From Macrostomum hystrix (Eukaryota; Animalia; Platyhelminthes), in contig CATNEN010000001.1 in assembly GCA_950097015.1 (NCBI GenBank), forward strand, positions 8,804,001-8,868,000: a stretch of DNA of 64,000 bases, in the 5' to 3' direction. Position numbers and translations under genes: made by a program. The stretch's first letter is position 1. Each line of letters begins with the position of its first letter. The notes beneath the pieces were generated by a model. It had not been told where the DNA came from. It searched no databases and saw nothing but the letters and a program-made list of their open reading frames with translations. Shown in pieces: positions 12,701-25,500 of the stretch.

Positions 12701-15700
12701 GTGACAGTCTGGGTGGAGAGAGTGACAATATATTTTTAGCCACAAACAGTTTCTTCCCCTTGAGCCACAAGAGGGGAAGACAAATGGAGAAGTAATATTG
12801 AGAGGGTTAGAAGGGAGAATGTTAGCGGCATAGTGTCGGGCAGATTAGTTTTAGGAATCGTGTGGTCCAGCATTTATTATTGACTTTTCGGGCACAGAGA
12901 AAATGTTTGGGCCTGGGCCTCGGAACATCAATCATCTCAGCCTCCCTGAGAATTATCTCTCCTTTCTCCCCTTTCTCCCCATTTCTCTCCCGGTTCTCCT
13001 CTCCTTTCTCCCCATTCTCTCCTTTTCTCTCCCGGTTCTCCTCTCCTTTCTTCCCGGTTCTCCTCTCCTTTCTCCCCTTGATCTCCTCTCCTTTCTCCCC
13101 ATTCTCTCCTTTTCTCTCCCGGTTCTCCTCTCCTTTCTTCCCGGTTCTCCTCTCCTTTCTTCCCGGTTCTCCTCTCCTTTCTCCCCTTGATCTCCTCTCC
13201 TTTCTACCCCTGTTCTCCTCTCCTTTCTACCCCTGTTCTCCTCTCCTTTCTACCCCTGTTCTCCTCTCCTTTCTACCCCTGTTCTCCTCTCCTTTCTCCC
13301 CCGGTTCTCCTCTCCTTTCTTCCCGGTTCTCCTCTCCTTCCCACCCCTGTTCTCCTCTCCTTTCTCCCCCGGTTCTCCTCTCCTTTCTTCCCGGTTCTCC
13401 TCTCCTTTCTTCCCGGTTCTCCTCTCCTTCCCCCCTGTTCTCCTCTCCTTTCTACCCCTGTTCTCCTATCCTATCTACCCCTGTTCTCCTCTCCTTTCTT
13501 CCCGGTTCTCCTCTCCTTCCCCCCTGTTCTCCTCTCCTTCCACCCTGTTCTCCTCTCCCTTCTACCCCTGTTCTCTTCTCCTTCCCCCATGTTCTCCTCT
13601 CGTTTCTTCTCTGTTCTCCCCTCCTTCCCCCTGTTCTCCTCTCCTTCCCCCATGTTCTCCTCTCGTTTCTTCTCTGTTCTCCCCTCCTTCCCCCCTGTTC
13701 TCCCCTCCTTCCCCCCTGTTCTCCTCTCCTTCCCCCCTGTTCTCCTCTCCCTTCTACCCCTGTTCTCCTCTCCTTCCCCCCTGTTCTCCTCTCCCTTCCA
13801 CCCCTGTTCTCCTCTCCCTTCCACCCCTGTTCTCCTCTCCCTTCCACCCCTGTTCTCCTCTCCCTTCCACCCCTGTTCTCCTCTCCTTCCCCCTGTTCTC
13901 TTCTCTCCTTTCTCCCTCACAGTGAAAGAGAAGTCAGTACAGACAGGCGATGTAATATTTCTGTAGAATCTGTGGCACGATGGACAATATAAGTATCCTC
14001 ATTCATTCACAAAAATCCCAAGTTTTCTTAGAAATTCAACACCACACAGCAGCAGAACAGAGTCATCCTATTATAGATAAGACTTCTATAATCCATTAGC
14101 ATTTCGGGAAGATTAGACAAAATGGCTTAATAATCTCCAGATAATCTAAAGTGAAATTCCGAACGTTGTAAATCGTGATCAAAACTCGAAGCAGTGACGC
14201 GCGCATTGAAGAAAAAAATTTCAAAAGTTCAAGAGCAGCACTGAACTAGCATCTAGATTAAACTATATTATTATATTTTTTCAAGCCTTCCAATTTATCA
14301 TAGCGCAGCGGTGGAATGAAAGCGAGACAGAAGGAGAGTCGATTGTGCTCGGAGGCTAATTTAATTTGCATATTTCATTCATTACAGTCAGCCAGATGTG
14401 TGAGAAGAAATTTTCACTGGCTTGGCCACTGTGGGGCTGCTCATTTGAGCACAGTTGAGCAAACGAGCAAATTAATTAGATTGCACCGTGCCTGTAGAAA
14501 TGTTGCACTTGTCCATTAACTTACAGAAGCTAATAAACACTGCAGCTGTACAGATATATTCAATTGGAGAACTGGTAGACTAACATAAGGATCTGGTAGA
14601 GTCATTTCAGAGAAAGTTCAGAGATATATCGAATATTCTAAAAAAGCTGGTAGATTCTAAGAACGTCTGCTTGAATCTTAAGAGATCTGGTAGATTCTAA
14701 AAAAATCTGGTAGACTCTGAGAAGATCTGGTAGATTCTGAGAAGATCTGGTAGATTCTGAGAAGATCTGGCAGATTCTGAGGAGATCTGGTAGATTCTGA
14801 TTAGATCTGGTTGATTCAGGGGAGATCTGGTAGATTCTGATGAGATCTGGTAGATTCTGATGAGATCTGGTAGATTCTGATGAGATCTGGTAGATTCTGA
14901 GGAGATCTGGTAGATTCTGAGGAGATCTGGTAGATTCTGAAGAGATCTAGTAGATTCTGAGGAGATCTGGTTGATTCAGGGGAGATCTGGTAGATTCTGA
15001 TGAGATCTGGTAGATTCTGATGAGATCTGGTAGATTCTGATGAGATCTGGTAGATTCTGAGGAGATCTGGTAGATTCTGAGGAGATCTGGTAGATTCTGA
15101 AGAGATCTAGTAGATTCTGAGGAGATCTGGTAGATTCTGTGAATGTCTGGTAGATTCTGAAGATATCCGGTAGGTTCTGAGGAGATCTGATAGATTCTGA
15201 GGAGATCTGGTAGATTCTGAGGAGATCTGGTATATTCTGTGAATGTCTGGTAGATTCTGAAGAGATCTGGTAGATTCTGTGAATGTCTGGTAGATTCTGA
15301 AGAGATCTGGTAGATTCTGTGAATGTCTGGTAGATTCTGAAGATATCTGGTAGATTCTGAGGAGATCTGATAGATTCTGAGGAGATCTGGTAGATTCTGA
15401 GGAGATCTGGTAGATTCTGTGAATGTCTGGTAGTTTCTGAGGAGATCTGGTAGATTCTGTGAATGTCTGGTAGATTCTGAAGAGATCTGGCAGATTCTGA
15501 GGAGATCTGATAGATTCTGAGGAGATCTGGTAGATTCTAAGTAGATCTGGTAGATTCTGAGGAGATATGGTAGATTCTGTGAATGTCTGGTAGATTCTGA
15601 AGAGATCTGGTAGATTCTGTGAATGTCTGGTAGTTTCTGAGGAGATCTGGTAGATTCTGTGAATGTCTGGTAGATTCTGAAGAGATCTGGTAGATTCTGT

Positions 15701-18700
15701 GAATGTCTGGTAGTTTCTGAGGAGATCTCGAAGATTCTGTGAATGTCTGGTAGATTTTGAGACTTTTAGGCTATTCTAGGTCTGGAAAAGCAACGGTAAT
15801 AAGCTATTTTCTGTGTTCAGACGCTAATAGCAAATAACGCGCTATGCACTATTCCCGTAGCTAGTAGGGGAATAGAGTAGCTAGTAGGGGAATAGAGTAG
15901 CTAGTAGGGGAATAGAATGGCTAGTAGGGGAATAGAGTAGCTAGTAGGGGAATAGAGTAGCTAGTAGGGGAATAGAATGGCTAGTAGGGGAATAGAGTAG
16001 CTAGTAGGGGAATAGAGTAGCTAGTAGGGGAATAGAGTAGCTAGTAGGGGAATAGAATGGCTAGTAGGGGAATAGAGTAGCTAGTAGGGGAATAGAGTAG
16101 CTAGTAGGGGAATAGAGTAGCTAGTAGGGGAATAGAGTAGCTAGTAGGGGAATAGAATGGCTAGTAGGGGAATAGAGTAGCTAGTAGGGGAATAGAGTAG
16201 CTAGTAGGGGAATAGAGTAGCTAGTAGGGGAATAGAGTAGCTAGTAGGGGAATAGAGTAGCTAGTAGGGGAATAGAGTAGCTAGTAGGGGAATAGAGTAG
16301 CTAGTAGGGGAATAGAGTAGCTAGTAGGGGAATAGAGTAGCTAGTAGGGGAATAGAGTAGCTAGTAGGGGAATAGAATGGCTAGTAGGGGAATAGAGTAG
16401 CTAGTAGGGGAATAGAGTAGCTAGTAGGGGAATAGAGTAGCTAGTAGGGGAATAGAGTAGCTAGTAGGGGAATAGAATGGCTAGTAGGGGAATAGAGTAG
16501 CTAGTAGGGGAATAGAGTAGCTAGTAGGGGAATAGAGTAGCTAGTAGGGGAATAGAGTAGCTAGTAGGGGAATAGAATGGCTAGTAGGGGAATAGAGTAG
16601 CTAGTAGGGGAATAGAGTAGCTAGTAGGGGAATAGAGTAGCTAGTAGGGGAATAGAGTAGCTAGTAGGGGAATAGAATAGCTAGTAGGGGAATAGAGTAG
16701 CTAGTAGGGGAATAGAGTAGCTAGTAGGGGAATAGAGTAGCTAGTAGGGGAGCAGAATGTACTAGTGAGAAGTTAGAGAGTTCTCTGAAAAAGACAACAA
16801 GGTATGTGGGTTTTTTTAATTGCTCATTTTATAAGCCTATAATTAATTAGCCAATGAAGGAGAAGCTAAAGATATTCTGTAATTAGTTTTTTTCTAAGCT
16901 CTATCACAAGACAACAAGACAAGAAAAGAAAGCACATCACAAGACAACAGAAAGAACGTTGCTGCCCACATTTGTTCTTTCGATTGTGGGCAGACCGTTT
17001 GAATGAGTTTTATAGAAATAATAAGCAAAAGAGACCATGGTTCTCGCCACTGCTTTATATTAAATAATTAAACAATGTAACTGAAACTAGAATTTAACGG
17101 CAGTTGGAAGAATTCAACGGAAGTTAGAAGAATGTAGCGGAAGATTTCAGATTGTAGCGGGAGCTGTAAGGTTGTAGCGGAAGCTGTAAGGTTGTAGCGG
17201 AAGCTGTAAGGTTGTAGCGGAAGCTGTAAGGTTGTAGCGGAAGCTGTAAGGTTGTAGCGGAAGCTGTAAGGTTGTAGCGGAAGCTGTAAGGTTGTAGCGG
17301 AAGCTGTAAGTTTGTAGCGGAAGCTGTAAAATTGTAGCGGAAGCTGTAAGGTTGTAGCGGAAGCTGTAAGGTTGTAGCGGAAGCTGTAAGGTTGTAGCGG
17401 AAGCTGTAAGTTTGTAGCGGAAGCTGTAAGTTTGTAGCGGAAGCTGTAAGGTTGTAGCGGAAGCTGTAAGGTTGAAAGAAAGCAACAGACACAAGCTAAA
17501 AAAGTAACGCAATTAGTAAGAAAGTAACGAAAGCTGGAAGAATTAAATAAAAGCTGTATTATTATTAGAAATAATTGCCCTTAATTTAAATCAGAAATCC
17601 TGAGTAAATCTAAGACAAAAAGGAAGAAAGTAATCAATAAAATATTATAATTTGTTTAGTGGGAATATAAAGATAATGCATATTATTTTATGAAGCTATA
17701 AGACAAGGTTTTAGGGATTGTATATTTTCATCTTCACTGAATAATTTAAAAGATTTGAAAAAAAGAACAAAATTATTGTAAGGAGAGAAATTTAATTGCG
17801 AAGTCGCGCTAAGGAGGAAATATGAACTAGAGCAGCATGTGAATTATATATGTTTCACGGAATTCCAGAATTAATAGAATGCAGTACACAGGGAGATGCA
17901 CTAACAGACTGCAAGACATTAAGAAGCTGTTGGCAAGACCACTGGAAAGGGGGGGAGTGTAAATTAATTGAAAGACTGAGTTTTACTACGAGTAGAGAGT
18001 GGAAATGGAGAGTTGAGAGCGGAGAGGAAGAATAGAGAGCGGAAAGTGAGAGTAGAGAGCGAAAAGGGAGAGTAGAGAGCAGAAAGTGAGAGTAGAGAGC
18101 GGAAATTGAGAGTAGAGAGCGGAAATTGTGAGTAGAGAGCGGAAGTTGAGAGTAGAGAGTGGAAAGGGAGAGTAGAGAGCGGAGAGGAAGAATAGAGAGC
18201 GGAAATGGAGAGTAGAGAGCGAAAAGGGAGAGTAGAGAGCGGAAATTGAGAGTAGAGAGCGGAAGTTGAGAGTAGAGAGTGGAAAGGGAGAGTAGAGAGC
18301 GGAGAGGAAGAATAGAGAGCGGAAATGGAGAGTAGAGAGCGGAAATGGAGAGTAGAGAGCGGAAAGGGAGAGTAGAGAGCGGAAAGTGAGAGTAGAGAGC
18401 GGAAAGTGAGAGTAGAGAGCGGAAATTGAGAGTAAAGAGCGGAAATTGAGAATAGAGAGCGGAAATGGAAAGTAGAGAGTGGAAAGGGAGAGTTGAGAGT
18501 GGAAAGGGAAAGTAGATAGAGGAAATTTAGAAGGCAGCATAAAAATGGAGGGAAAGTAATCGAAACGGAGAGTTGATGGCGGAAATATTGAGTATACAGC
18601 GGAATTGGAGAGGGTAGAGAGCGGGAAAGCAAGAGTACGAGTGGGAAGAGAGTTTATGAGAGAGCAGACATTTAAAATAAGAGCAAAATCTGCCGAGGAC

Positions 18701-19472
18701 AGAAATAAATAACGGAAATTCGAAAGCAGAGAAGATGGTGATATTGGAGGTAGATAGCGGAAACGCGGAAGGAGGTTCGAGAGAACGGAAATGATGGCAA
18801 CAAAAAAAGGAAAATAAACAGAGAAATTCCTAGCGACATGCGGGCAAAATTAGCATCGGAAATATATCACCCCTAAAAATGTTCTTTCCCCATTATGGAT
18901 GGGCCTACTTAACTAACTTAATCAAGCAAGCAATCTTATGAACTCAGCAAGGGCTCAGTGGCTAAAGGCTCAAAGCTTCTTATCTTATAGAGAATATTGT
19001 AGACGTCGGGATAATAAAATGAGAGTAGCAACAGCAGCAACAGCAACAGCAGCAGCAGCAGCAGCAGAAGCAGAAGCAGAAGCAGCAGTCACAACAGCAA
19101 CAGCAGCAGTTGTATTGTTTTAGTAGTAACAGCAGCAGCAGCAGAAGCAGAAGCAGCAGCAACAGCAGCAGCAGTTGTGGTATTTTTAGTAGTAACAGCA
19201 ACAGCAGCAGCAGCAGCAGCAGCAGTTGTGGTATTTTTTAGTAGTAACAGCAACAGCAGCAGCAGAAGCAGAAGCAGCAGCAACAGCAGCAGCAGTTGTG
19301 GTATTTTTAGTAGTAACAGCAGAAGCAGCAGCAGAAGCAGCAGAAGCAGCAGCAGCAGCAGCAGCAGAAGCAGCAACAACAGCATTTGTAGTAGTGTTAC
19401 TAGCAGCAACAGCAGCAGCAGAAGCGGTAGCAACAAATCCGTTGTTTTTGGTGGGAAAAGATGCCACGCACA

Positions 19473-19523
<51 letters not shown>

Positions 19524-22500
19524 CTGTGATGTATTAGTCCTCGTGATAAGAAGATTGGATTAAAGCCAGCTCTAGGGGGGGGGAGAGGACAAGATCCTAC
19601 AACTTTTCCGCCCGAAGTAAGAGGGCTGGCTAGCCTTTGAGCATTATCGTCAGCATTAGCAGCAGCATCGGTAGCATCTAGGTAAAAAAATAGTTTCGAA
19701 GAAACGAGCTAGCCAAGGGATAAAGATCCGCGTTACTAGGGAAAAAAACTTACACGCGTCGAGATTAATTTCAATCTCGAAAAGACAGACAGGGTGTGCG
19801 AGTGAGAACTAAAAATAGCGAATCCGTTCCCATGCCCAAACCACAGACACGCATACGCACACAAACTATGCTCTTACAAAATATGCTCCCAGCAACTAAC
19901 CCCACCGAGAGATCCTCTTTCGAAGCAAATCCATCGCTCTCTATCTCGCTCCCTTTCTCTGCCAATTTCGGCCAGATCCCATAGATACAAATATCGCAAT
20001 CTGCCTCACACACACACACACACACACACACACTCTCTCTCTGTCTCTAGCTGTATCCCAACCGCAGGACATGGCTATATGGCTATATAACAGGGAGTTC
20101 GCATTTAATAACTTTCCCCCACTACTATATAGAAATGTGTAGGATTAGCAACACAAACACACATTGGAATATGCTATATTTGGCTGAATACAACTGCGAA
20201 GGGTATTAGCTCGTAATAATAACTTACCGATTCCTAACAGAACGGCCGAGTTTATTGTGCCACCGTGAAGACCTTTCTGAATGAAACATGGGATTAATAA
20301 AACATGTAGTTAAGTAAGGGCAAGCAGTGAAATAAATAGAAATGATAAGGAGAAAAAAATTAAAAAACAAATAGAGGAAGGATAAAGACGATAATAGATA
20401 AAGAGGGATAGAGAAAAACACGGTGAGAAGAATGATACCAAGCAAAAACAGCGCGGATAAAGACATATATCATAAATAAGGCCGGATACAGGATGGATAA
20501 AGGCGGATAGAAGATAGATTACCACGGATAGAGGATAGATAAAGACGGATATTGGATGGATAAAGAGAGATGTGAGACGGATAAAGGCAGATATATGATG
20601 GATAAAGACAGATATAGGATTAATAACGGCGGATATAAGACAGAATAACACGGATAGAGGATAGATAAAGACGGATAAAGGATAGATAAAGACAGATATG
20701 GGATAGATAAAGACAGATATGGGATAGATAAAGACAGATATGGGATAGATAAAGACAGATATGGGAAACTTCAAGCCGTCATTCATGCAAGTGCACGAAA
20801 CCAACCTTAATCCGAAACGAAGCTCGCATTGATTGCGTCACAATGGCGAGGGCGCCAGATTTGACGTAGCACAGTCGATAGATTGAACGATCGTTGGATC
20901 GCTGTTGGACAAAGTCCCAGCAACGGTGGCCACCGCCGCAGTCAGCTGAGAACTCGACAGTCAGAGTGGCCGCGTCCAGCACTTTGAACAGGCGCTGACG
21001 ATTCGGGGTTGAGCATAGACCTATAGTTCACAAACTGCTCAAACTCTCTCACCTACCTACTCCAGTGTCACCCACTCTCCCAACTAAATACCTACCCCAG
21101 TGTCTCATTCACTCTCCCACCTACCTACCCCAGTGTCTCACCCAATCTCCAACCTACCTACCCCAGTGTCTCACCCACTCTCTCCCACCTACCTACCCCA
21201 GTGTCTCACCCAATCTCCAACCTACCTACCCCAGTGTCTCACCCACTCTCTCCCACCTACCTACCCCAGTGTCTCACCCAATCTCCAACCTACCTACCTA
21301 CCTACCCCAGTGTCACCCACTCTCCCAACTACCTACCTACCCCAGTGTCTCACCCACTCTCTCCCACCTACCTACCTACCCCAGTGTCTCACCCACTCTC
21401 TCCCACCTACCTACCTACCCCAGTGTCTCACCCACTCTCTCCCACCTACCTACCTACCCCAGTGTCTCACCCACTCTCTCCCACCTACCTACCTACCCCA
21501 GTGTCTCACCCACTCTCCCACCCATCTATAATTTATACCTACCCCAGTGTCTCACCCACTCTCCCACCTACCTACCTACCTACCCCAGTGTCTCACCCAC
21601 TCTCCCACCTACCTACCTACCTACCCCAGTGTCTCACCCACTCTCCCACCTACCTACCTACCTACCCCAGTGTCTCACCCACTCTCCCACCTACCTACCT
21701 ACCTACCCCAGTGTCTCACCCACTCTCCCACCTACCTACCTACCTACCCCAGTGTCTCACCCACTCTCCCACCTACCTACCTACCCCAGTGTCTAACCCA
21801 CTCTTCGACCCACCAAATTGTCTCACCCCATGAAAACCGAGAAGTTTAGTTTCCAGGAACTGTTCATCATTTTGAGCAGCGGCAGCAGCATTGGTTGAAT
21901 TTCCCAATCCCGACTCATTGTCAGTCGTGTCGAGACTAATCTGTAGAGTTCTCTCGATCCAGCGCAACTGACCCGGTTCCTAAAGTCGAGCAAATTAAAA
22001 AAAACTCTGTTAGCTTCAATTTTTTTTAGATTTGCATGACTAGTGCGATTTAACAAGACAGGAAATTGTGACTTTGTCGGAATGAGGAATCGTTGCTATG
22101 TGAATGAGCGATCGAGGCAAGGAATGGTACATCAAATATAGGGATGAAAACAATGAGCGATTCTAGATACGATTCTTGGTGCGATTCTACTAGCTAGCTA
22201 CGATTCCTGGTGCGATTCTACGAGCTAGCTACGATTCCTGGTGCGATTCTACGAGCTAGCTACGATTCCTGGTGCGATTCTAGATATGGTTCTTGGTGAT
22301 ATTCTAGCTACGATTCCTGGTGCAATTCTAGCTACGATTCCTGGTGCGATTCTAGCTACGATTACTTGTGCGATTCTATACGGCTCATAGAGTGATTGTA
22401 GATAAACGGGTAATCCTTAAACTAGGCCATCGCTACAAGAAAGGCTTTCCGCATAACTGCTCGACTGCTAATTTAGCTTTGAAAAATTGTCTTTAAAGAT

Positions 22501-25500
22501 TTAAAGATAACGATTTAAGACTCGATTTTTAGCATAACACTAAGGAAACACTTACTTTGAGAAGGAAACGGTCGAATCAAAGAAAAAAGAATTTAGTCAA
22601 CAGGATATGTTTTAAAAGCTTCTTTTGATTGAAAAATATGATTTAACAAGGCTAAACAGGTCAAAAATGGTTTACTAAAAATGCGAAAAACCAGTCAGAC
22701 TATGGCGAGAGAGAAGGGCGAGGGAGAATGGCGAGAGAGAATGGCGAGAGAGAAGGGCGAGGGAGAATGGCGAGAGAGAATGGCAAGAGAGAAGGGCGAG
22801 GGAGAAGGGCGAGGGATAAAGGTAAGAGAGAAGGGCGAGGGAGAAGGGTGAGAGAAAGGCGAGGGAGAAGGGTGAGGGATAAGGGTAAGAGAGAAGGGCG
22901 AGGGAGAAGGGTGAGAGAAGGGCGAGGGAGAAGGGTGAGGGATAAGGGTAAGAGAGAAGGGCGAGGGAGAAGGGTGAGAGAAAGGCGAGGGAGAAGGGTG
23001 AGAGAAAGGCGAGGGAGAAGGGTGAGGGATAAGGGTAAGAGAGAAGGGCGAGGGAGAAGGGTGAGAGAAGGGCGAGGGAGAAGGGCGAGGGAGAAGGGCG
23101 AGGGAGAAGGGCGAGGGAGAAGGGTGAGAGAAAGGCGAGGGAGTAGGACGAGGGATAAGGGTAAGAGAGAATGGCGAGGGAGAATGGCAAGAGAGAATGG
23201 CGAGAGAGAAGGGCGAGGGTGACGGGTGAGGGAGAATGGCGAGAGAAAATGGCGAGAGAGAATGGCGAGAATGGTAATAGTGAAATACAGGGGGGAGAAA
23301 GCAAAACATAAAAGGAAAAATAGAAAAAAAACTAACAATCCTGTGAAAAATGTCATTTTTCTAATTTCCAAAAGATGTGCAAATAAAAGAAAGCCGAATA
23401 AAACACTATATCTGAATATTCAAACCTTCACAATGCTCTCCTGTACAAAGCCAACAGATAGGTTCAGTCGCCAGCCAATTAGAGTGCCGTCTTTGCCGCA
23501 GCTAAGCACTCGGAAGTGTTTGTCCGTGAGCGGCGAAATCATTTCCACGTGCAGAACTCCGGACTTGTGTGCCAGACTGGTGAAGTGAAGCCCTAGCCAG
23601 CTGCTGGCCTGGTGAGTTGCAATGATTGGAATGTGAATTGTGAATTGTCAACTGCAATGCAAAAACCGAATCGGATTATAACTTGTCATAGGGAAATCAT
23701 TTCAGCATTGTTGCTATGTGGAATATATCAATAATAAATATATATCAAATATTTTGTGTAGCTATTGGAAATACTTCTACGTAAGAAGAAATTTCTTAGG
23801 TTACTAAGGTAATGATTATTCTTCCTTGGTTGCTAAGGGCAGTACTTCTACCTTGGTTGCTATTGGAAATTCTTCTCCATTGGTTGCTATGTATACTTCT
23901 CCCTTGGTTGCTATGAGAAATCCTTCTCCCTTCGTTGCTACCGGAAATCCTTCTTCCTCGGTTGCTTTGGGAAACCCTTCTCCATTGGTTGCTATAGGAA
24001 TCCCTTCTCCATTGGTTGCTATCGAAAATCCTTCTCCCTCGGTTGCTATGGGAAATCCTTCTCCCTCGGTTGCTATGGGAAATCCTTCTCCTTTGGTTGC
24101 TATGGGAAATCCTTCTCCATTGGTTGCTATAGGAATCCCTTCTCCATTGGTTGCTATCGAAAATCCTTCTTCCTCGGTTGCTATGGGAAATCCTTCTCCT
24201 TTGGTTGCTATGGGAAATCCTTCTCCCTTTTTTGCTACGGGAAATTCATTTTCCGTTGATTGCTGTGAGAAGTCTTTCTACCCTTGTTGCTACGGGAAAA
24301 CATTTCCCCTTTGGTTTTTTAGGAAAATTCTTAGCCACGTTTCCATGAAAATTAGTATCAGTTTACTGTTGCTTTGTGAATTAGAAATCCAAGCAAACTG
24401 CTATATTTAAACAAATTGTTTTTATAGTGCAACCCATTGCAGATAGATAGTGTAGAATTGGCCAAGGCAGGTATTTCGGACGGGCGTTGCATTCGGGCTT
24501 ACACTAAACCCTTTGGCAGAGATAAAACAAATCAATTGAACGGTAATAATCTGCGGCAGTAATTTGCCTTTGAAAGACAAAATTTGTCTGTTGCTCGGGG
24601 TGGGAACGCGGAAATAAAATAATTTTACCGACAATCTGACATTTTTCTGGCGAATTCTGTAGTACTGCGATCGTCTAGGCACAGATACGCAAATCAGTGC
24701 ATTTTATGGACAAATAAACTTGTCCACTAACGTGAAAATCGGATTTAGTTGTTCGATGTTAGACACGTAACATGTTAGATACAGAACATGTTAGATCGTT
24801 TCAATTTGTTTTTTTATATATAGAAACTGATAGTCAGAATGATTGTTAGACAGGTTACCTGTTAGACAGGATACCTGTTAGACAGGATATTAGTTAGACA
24901 GGTTACCTGTTAGCCAGGTTAACAGTTAGACAGGATACCTGTTAGGCAGGATACCTGTTAGACAGGATACCTGTTAGGCAGGATACCTGTTAGACAGGAT
25001 ACCTGTTAGACAGGATACCTGTTAGACAGGATACCTGTTAGACAGGATAAATGTTAGACAGGATACCTGTTAGGCAGGATACCTGTTAGGCAGGATAAAT
25101 GTTAGACAGGATACCTATTAGGCAGGATACCTGTTAGACAGGATACCTGTTAGGCAGGATAAATGTTAGACAGGATACCTGTTAGACAAGATACCTGTTA
25201 GACAGGATACCTGTTAGACAGGATACCTGTTAGACAGGATACCTGTTAGGCAGGATAAATGTTAGACAGGATACCTGTTAGACAGGATACCTGTTAGACA
25301 GGATACCTGTTAGACAGGATACCTGTTAGACAGGATACCTGTTAGACAGGATACCTGTTAGACAGGATACCTGTTAGGCAGGATACCTGTTAGACAGGAT
25401 ACCTGTTAGACAGGATACCTGTTAGGCAGGATACCTGTTAGACAGGATACCTATTAGGCAGGATACCTGTTAGACAGGATACCTGTTAGACAGGATACCT

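Noticed and set aside
18938-19563. Poly-Ala/Leu/Cys/Ser ORFs
   Set aside because: Intronic trinucleotide repeat; WDR6 exons 16 and 17 join in frame without it
24422-24682. 86-aa minus-strand ORF as an extra WDR6 exon
   Set aside because: Flanking exons join in phase with continuous homology; no WDR6 motif in it
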